Part shown: piece after piece, positions 56,601-64,000 of the stretch | How the letters are laid out: the number at the start of each line of letters is the position of its first letter | How positions within the stretch are numbered: the stretch's first letter is position 1 | Assembly: GCA_030390025.1 (NCBI GenBank) | Contig: JASTWF010000353.1 | Location: forward strand, 248,001 to 312,000 | Length of the DNA stretch: 64,000 nt | From: Squalus acanthias | Taxonomy: Eukaryota | Direction: 5' to 3' | Notes under the pieces: generated by a model | What the model was told of the DNA's origin: nothing | Databases searched by the model: none | Seen by the model: the letters and a program-made list of their open reading frames with translations, nothing else | Position numbers and translations under genes: made by a program

Positions 56601-59600
56601 GTGTGTAATTTATGTTAAAGACTCTAACGCAGTGTGTAATTTATGTTAAAGACTCTAACGCAGTTAGTAATTTATGTTAAAGACTCTAACGCAGTGTGTA
56701 ATTTATGTTAAAGACTCTAACGCAGTGTGTAATTTATGTTACTGACACTAACGCAGTGTGTAATTTATGTTAAAGAATCTAACGCATTGTTTAATCTATG
56801 TTACAGACTCTAACGCAGTGTGAAATCTATATTACAGACTCTAACGCAGTGTGAAATCTATGTTACAGACTCTAACGCAGTGTGAAATCTATGTTACAGG
56901 CTCTAACGCAGTGTGTAATCTGTGTTACAGACTCTAACGCAGTGTGTAATCTACGTTACAGACTCTAACGCAGTGTGTAATCTATGTTACAGACTCTAAC
57001 GCAGTGTGTAATCTATGTTACAGACTCTAACGCAGTGTGTAATCTATGTTAAAGACTCTAACGCAGTGTGTAATTTATGTTAAAGACTCTAACGCAGTGT
57101 GTAATTTATGTTAAAGACTCTAACGCAGTTAGTAATTTATGTTAAAGACTCTAACGCAGTGTGTAATTTATGTTAAAGACTCTAACGCAGTGTGTAATTT
57201 ATGTTACTGACACTAACGCAGTGTGTAATTTATGTTAAAGAATCTAACGCAGTGTGTAATCTATGTTACAGACTCTAACGCAGTGTGAAATCTATATTAC
57301 AGACTCTAACGCAGTGTGAAATCTGTGTTACAGACTCTAACGCAGTGTGTCATCTTTATTCCAGACTCAAACGCAGTGTGTAATAAAAGTTGCAGACTGT
57401 AACGCAGTGTGTAATTTCCATTGCAGACTCTAACGCCGTGTGTATTCTATGTTACAGACTCGAACGCAGTGTGTAATATATGTAACAGACTCTAACGCAG
57501 TGTGTAATATACTTTGCAGATGCTAACGCCGTGTGTAATCTATGTTACAGACTCTAACGCAGTGTGAAATCTATGTTACAGACTCTAACGCAGTGTGTAA
57601 TATACGTTGCAGACTCTAACGCCGTGTGTAATCTATGTTACAGACTCTAATGCAGTGTGTAATCTATGTTACAGACTCTAACGCAGTGTGTAATTTATGT
57701 TACAGACTCCAACGCAGCGTGTAATTTATGTTAAAGACTCTAACGCAGTGTGTAATTTATGTTACAGACACTAACGCAGTGTGTAATTTATGTTAAAGAA
57801 TCTAACGCAGTGTTTAATTTATGTTAAAGACTCTAACGCAGTGTTTAATCTATGTTCCAGACTCTAACGCAGTGTGTAATCTATGTTACAGACTCTAACG
57901 CAGTGTGTAATCTGTGTTACAGACTCTAACGCAGTGTGTAATCTATGTTACAGACTCTAATGCAGTGTGTAATATATGTTACAGACTCTAACGCAGTGTG
58001 TAATCTATGTTACAGACTCTAATGCAGTGCGTAATCTATGTTACAGACTCTAACGCAGTGTCTAATATGTGATACAGACTCTGACGCTGTGTGTAATCTA
58101 TGTTACAGACTCTAACGCAGTGTGTAATATATGATACAGTCTGCAACGCAGTGTGTAATCTCTGTTACTGACTCTAACGCAGTGTGTAATATACGTTACT
58201 GACTCTAACGCAGTGTGTAATATACGTTACAGACTCTAACGCAGTGTGTAATCTATGTTACAGACTCTAACGCAGTGTGTAATGTATGTTACAGACACTA
58301 ACGCAGTGTGTAATTTATGTTACAGACTCTAACGCAGTGTGTAATCTATGTTACAGACTCTAATGCAGTGTGTAATATATGTTACAGACTCTAACGCAGT
58401 GTGTAATATATGTTACAGTCTCTAATGCAGTGTGTAATCTATGTTACAGACTCTAACGCAGTGTGTCATGTATGTTAAAGACTCTAACACAGTGTGTAAT
58501 ATATGTTACAGACTCTAACACAGTGTGTAATTATGTTGAAGACTCTAACGCAGTGTGTAATATATGTTAAAAACTCTAACGCAGTGTGTAATATATGTTA
58601 AAGACTCTCACGCAGTGTGTAATTTATGTTAAAGAATCTAACGCAGTGTTTAATTTATGTTAAAGACTCTAACGCAGTGTTTAATCTATGTTACAGACTC
58701 TAACGCAGTGTGTAATCTATGTTACAGATTCTAACGCAGTGTGTAATATATGTTAAAGACTCTAACGCAGTGTGAAATCTATGTTACAGACTCTAACGCA
58801 GTGTGAAATCTATGCTACAGACTGTAACGCAGTGTGTGATCTATGTTCCAGACTCTAACGCAGTGTGTAATATAAGTTGCAGACTGTAACGCAGTGTGTA
58901 ATATACATTGCAGACTCTAACGACGTGTGTAATCTATGTTACAGACTCTAACGCAGTGTGTAATATATGTAACAGACTCTAACGCAGTGTGTAATATACA
59001 TTGCAGACTCTAACGCAGTGTGTAATCTATGTTACAGACTCTAACGCAGTGTGTAATATATGTAACAGACTCTAACGCAGTGTGTAATATACATTGCAGA
59101 AGCTAACGCCGTGTGTAATCTATGTTACAGACTCTAACGCAGTGTGAAATCTATGTTACAGACTCTAACGCAGTGTGTAATATACGTTGCAGGCTCTAAC
59201 GCCGTGTGTAATCTATGTTACAGACTCTAACGCAGTGTGTAATCTATGTTACAGACACTAAAGCTGTGTGTAATCTATGTTACAGACTCTAACGCAGTGT
59301 GTAATATATGTTACAGACTCTAATGCAATGTGTAATCTATGTTACAGATTCTAACGCAGTGTGTCATCTTTATTACAGACTCTAACGCAGTGTGAAATCT
59401 ATGCTACAGACTATAACACAATGTGTGATCTATGTTCCAGACTCTAACGCAGTGTGTAATATAAGTTGCAGACTGTAACGCAGTGTGTAATTTCCATTGC
59501 AGACTCTAACGCCGTGTGTAATCTATGTTACAGACTCTAACGCAGTGTGTAATATATGTAACGGACTCTAACGCAGTGTGTAATATACATTGCAGATGCT

Positions 59601-62600
59601 AACGCCGTGTGTAATCTATGTTACAGACTCTAACGCAGTGTGTAATCTATGTTACAGACTGTAACGCAGTGTGTAATCTACGTTACAGACTCTAACGCAG
59701 TGTTTAATATATGGTACAGACACTAACGCACTGTGTAATCTATGTTACAGACACTAACGCAGTGTGTAATATATGATACAGACTGTAACCCAGTGTGTAA
59801 TATACGTTACAGACTCTAACGCAGTGTGTAATCTATGTTACAGACTCAAATGCAGTGTGTAATATACGTTACAGACTCTAACGCAGTGAGTAATCTATGT
59901 TACAGACTCTAACGCAGTCTGTAATATATGTTACAGACTCTAACGCAGTGTGTAATGTATGTCAGACTCTAATGCAGTGTGTAATATATGTTACAGACTC
60001 TAACACAGTGTGTAATCGATGTTACAGACTCTAACACAGTGTTTAATCTATGTTACAGACTCTAACGCAGTGTGTAATGTATGTCAGACTCTAATGCAGT
60101 GTGTAATATATGTTACAGACTCTAACGCAGTGTGTAATCGATGTTTCAGACTCTAACGCAGTGTGTAATCTATGTTACAGACTCTAGCGCAGTGTGTAAT
60201 CTATGTTACAGACTCTAATGCAGTGTGTAATATATGTTACAGACTCTAACGCAGTGTGTAAACTATGTTACAGACTCCAACGCAGTGTGTAATCTATGTT
60301 ACAGACACTAACGCAGTGTGTAATATATGTTCGACACTAACACTGTGTGTAATCTATGTTACAGACACTAACGCAGTGTGTAATCTATGTTACAGACTCT
60401 AACGCAGTGTGTAATCTATGTTACAGTCTCTAACGCAGTGTGTAATCTATGTTACAGACTCTAACGCAGTGTGTAATCTATGTTACAGACTCTAACGCAG
60501 TGTGTAATCTATGTTACAGACTCTAACGCAGTGTGTAATCTGTGTTACAGACTCTAACGCAGTGTGTAATCTACGTTACAGACTCTAACGCAGTGTGTAA
60601 TCTATGTTACAGACGCTAACGCAGTGTGTAATATATGTTACAGACTCTAACGCAGTGTGTAATCTATGTTACACACTCTAACGCAGTGTGTAATCTAGGT
60701 TACAGACTCTAACGCAGTGTGTAATCTATGTTACAGACTCTAATGCAGTGTGTAATGTATGTTACAGACACTAACGCAGTGTGTAATCTATGTTACAGAC
60801 TCTAACGCAGTGTGTAATCTATGTTACAGACTGTAACGCAGTGTGTAATCTATGTTACAGACTCTAATGCAGTGTGTAATATATGTTACAGACTCTAACG
60901 CAGTGTGTAATATATGTTACAGACTCTAATGCAGTGTGTAATCTATGTTACAGACTCTAACGCAGTGTGTAATGTATGTTAAAGACTCTAACGCAGTGTG
61001 TAATATATGTTACAGACTCTAACGCAGTGTGTAATTTATGTTGAAGACTCTAACGCAGTGTGTAATATATGTTAAAGACTCTAACGCAGTGTGAAATCTA
61101 TGTTACAGACTCTAACGCAGTGTGAAATCTATGTTACAGACTCTAACGCAGTGTGTCATCTATGTTACAGACTTTAACACAGTGTGTCATCTTTATTACA
61201 GACTCTAACGCAGTGTGAAATCTATGCTACAGACTGTAACGCAGTGTGTGATCTATGTTCCAGACTCTAACGCAGTGTGTAATATAAGTTGCAGACTGTA
61301 ACGCAGTGTGTAATATACATTGCAGACTCTAACGCCGTGTGCAATCTATGTTACAGACTCTAACGCAGTGTGTAATATATGTAACAGACTCTAACGCAGT
61401 GTGTAATATACATTGCAGACTCTAACGCAGTGTGTAATCTATGTTACAGACTCTAACGCAGTGTGTAATATATGTAACAGACTCTAACGCAGTGTGTAAT
61501 ATACATTGCAGAAGCTAACGCCGTGTGTAATCTATGTTACAGACTCTAACGCAGTGTGAAATCTATGTTACAGACTCTAACGCAGTGTGTAATATACGTT
61601 GCAGACTCTAACGCCGTGTGTAATCTATGTTACAGACTCTAACGCAGTGTGTAATCTATGTTACAGACACTAAAGCTGTGTGTAATCTATGTTACAGACT
61701 CTAACGCAGTGTGTAATATATGTTACAGACTCTAATGCAATGTGTAATCTATGTTACAGACAATAACGCAGTGTGTAATATATGTTGCAGACTCTAACGC
61801 AGAGTGTAATATATGTTACAGACTCCAAAGCCGTGTGTAATATGGGATACAAACACGAAAGCAGTGTGTAATATAAGTTACATACCCTAACGCAGTGTGT
61901 AATCTATGTTACAGACTCTAACGCAGTGTGTAATCTATGTTACAGACTCTAACGCAGTGTTTAATCTATGTTACAGACTCTAACGCAGTGTGTAATATAT
62001 GTAACGGACTCTAACGCAGTGTGTAATATACATTGCAGATGCTAACGCCGTGTGTAATCTATGTTACAGACTCCAAGCAGTGTGAAATCTATGTTACAGA
62101 CTCTAACGCAGTGTGTAATATACGTTGCAGACTCTAACGCCGTGTGTAATCTATGTTACAGACTCTAACGCAGTGTGTAATATACGTTGCAGACTCTAAC
62201 GCCGTGTGTAATCTATGTTACAGACTCTAACGCAGTGTGTTATCTATGTTACAGACTCTAACGCAGTGTGTAATCTGTGTTACAGACTCTAACGCAGTGT
62301 GTGCTCTACGTTACAGACTCTAACGCAGTGTGTAATATATGTTACAGACTCTAACGCAGTGTGTAATCTATGTTACAGACTCTAATGCAGTGTGTAATGT
62401 ATGTTACAGACACTAACGCAGTGTGTAATCTATGTTACAGACTCTAACGCAGTGTGTAATCTATGTTACAGACTGTAACGCAGTGTGTAATCTATGTTAC
62501 AGACTCTAATGCAGTGTGTAATATATGTTACAGACTCTAACGCAGTGTGTAATATATGTTACAGACTCTAATGCAGTGTGTAATCTATGTTACAGACTCT

Positions 62601-64000
62601 AACGCAGTGTGTAATGTATGTTAAAGACTCTAACGCAGTGTGTAATATATGTTACAGACTCTAACGCAGTGTGTAATTTATGTTGAAGACTCTAACGCAG
62701 TGTGCAATGTATGTTAAAGACTCTAACGCAGTGTGAAATCTATGTTACAGACTCTAACGCAGTGTGAAATCTATGTTACAGACTCTAACGCAGTGTGTCA
62801 TCTATGTTACAGACTTTAACACAGTGTGTCATCTTTATTACAGACTCTAACGCAGTGTGAAATCTATGCTACAGACTGTAACGCAGTGTGTGATCTATGT
62901 TCCAGACTCTAACGCAGTGTGTAATATAAGTTGCAGACTGTAATGCAGTGTGTAATATACATTGCAGACTCTAACGCAGTGTGTAATCTATGTTACAGAC
63001 TCTAACGCAGTGTGTAATATATGTAACAGACTCTAACGCAGTGTGTAATATACATTGCAGAAGCTAACGCCGTGTGTAATCTATGTTACAGACTCTACCG
63101 CAGTGTGAAATCTATGTTACAGACTCTAACGCAGTGTGTAATATACGTTGCAGACTCTAACGCCGTGTGTAATCTATGTTACAGACTCTAACGCAGTGTG
63201 TAATCTATGTTACAGACACTAAAGCTGTGTGTAATCTATGTTACAGACTCTAACGCAGTGTGTAATATATGTTACAGACTCTAATGCAATGTGTAATCTA
63301 TGTTACAGACAATAACGCAGTGTGTAATATATGTTGCAGACTCTAACGCAGAGTGTAATATATGTTACAGACTCCAAAGCCGTGTGTAATATGGGATACA
63401 AACACGAAAGCAGTGTGTAATATAAGTTACAGACCCTAACGCAGTGTGTAATCTATGTTACAGACTCTAACGCAGTGTGTAATCTATGTTACAGACTCTA
63501 ACGCAGTGTGTAATCTATGTTACAGACTCCAACGCAGTGTGTAATCTATGTTACAGACACTAACGCAGTGTGTCATATATGTTCGACACTAACGCAGTGT
63601 GTAATCTATGTTCCAGACTCTAACGCTGTTTCTAATATATGTTACAGACTCTAACGCAGTGTGTAATCTATGTTACAGACTCTAATGCAGTGTGTAATCT
63701 ATGTGACAGACTCTAACGCAGTGTGTTATCTACGTTACAGACTCTAACGCAGTGTGTAATATATGATACGGACTCTAACGCAGTGTGTAATCTATGTTAC
63801 AGACCCTAACGCAGTGTGTAATCTATGTTACAGACGCTAACGTAGTGTGTAATGTACGTTACAGACTCTAAAGCAGTGTGCAATCTATGTTACAGAGTCT
63901 AACGCAGTGTGTAATCTATGTTACAGACTCTAACACAGTGTTTAATCTATGTTACAGACTCTAACGCAGTGTGTAATGTATGTCAGACTCTAATGCAGTG

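Larger units (their letters stand above)
9934..64000. repeat. 31-bp satellite, consensus AGACTCTAACGCAGTGTGTAATCTATGTTAC, roughly 1,730 copies, head-to-tail, runs off the window end
   Basis: The 31-bp period is directly visible over 54 kb. The commonest variant position is AAT[C/A/T]TATG. The only substantial interruptions are at 22301 and 50465. Confidence 0.99.

Noticed and set aside
9934..64000. CRISPR-like array (31-bp repeat with a partial dyad)
   Set aside because: Units are directly head-to-tail with no unique spacers and no cas genes, in a eukaryotic context.
1..64000. V(D)J RSS heptamer-like words (CACAGTG variants in the 31-mer; CACAGT on the minus strand of the 20-mer)
   Set aside because: No ACAAAAACC-like nonamer at 12/23 spacing and no Ig/TCR segments nearby.

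Overview
Eukaryotic, repeat-dominated window. The interspersed repeats look like cartilaginous-fish (shark-type) families, an identification from recall rather than a search. Layout: (1) 1-7058, a 20-bp tandem array (ACTGTGAGATACTGGGACAG). (2) 7059-9733, a short non-satellite island holding a probable 728-bp spliced coding exon (Ser/Pro/Thr-rich, gene unknown), a Deu-domain tRNA-derived SINE split by two nested minus-strand LINE fragments, a C-rich 26-bp minisatellite and a CR1 endonuclease fragment. (3) 9734-9933, a 200-N gap. (4) 9934-64000, a 31-bp satellite (AGACTCTAACGCAGTGTGTAATCTATGTTAC) with block-duplicated variants. The most interesting object is a ~224-bp insertion present twice in the 31-bp satellite (22301-22520 and 50465-50688). 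It is a 96-bp inverted repeat whose arms each carry a minimal type-I hammerhead ribozyme motif, with a 12-bp target-site duplication and a matching empty site in the same array. It fits a truncated, inverted Penelope-like pseudo-LTR that was duplicated along with the satellite. No complete gene, rRNA, tRNA or CRISPR array is supported.
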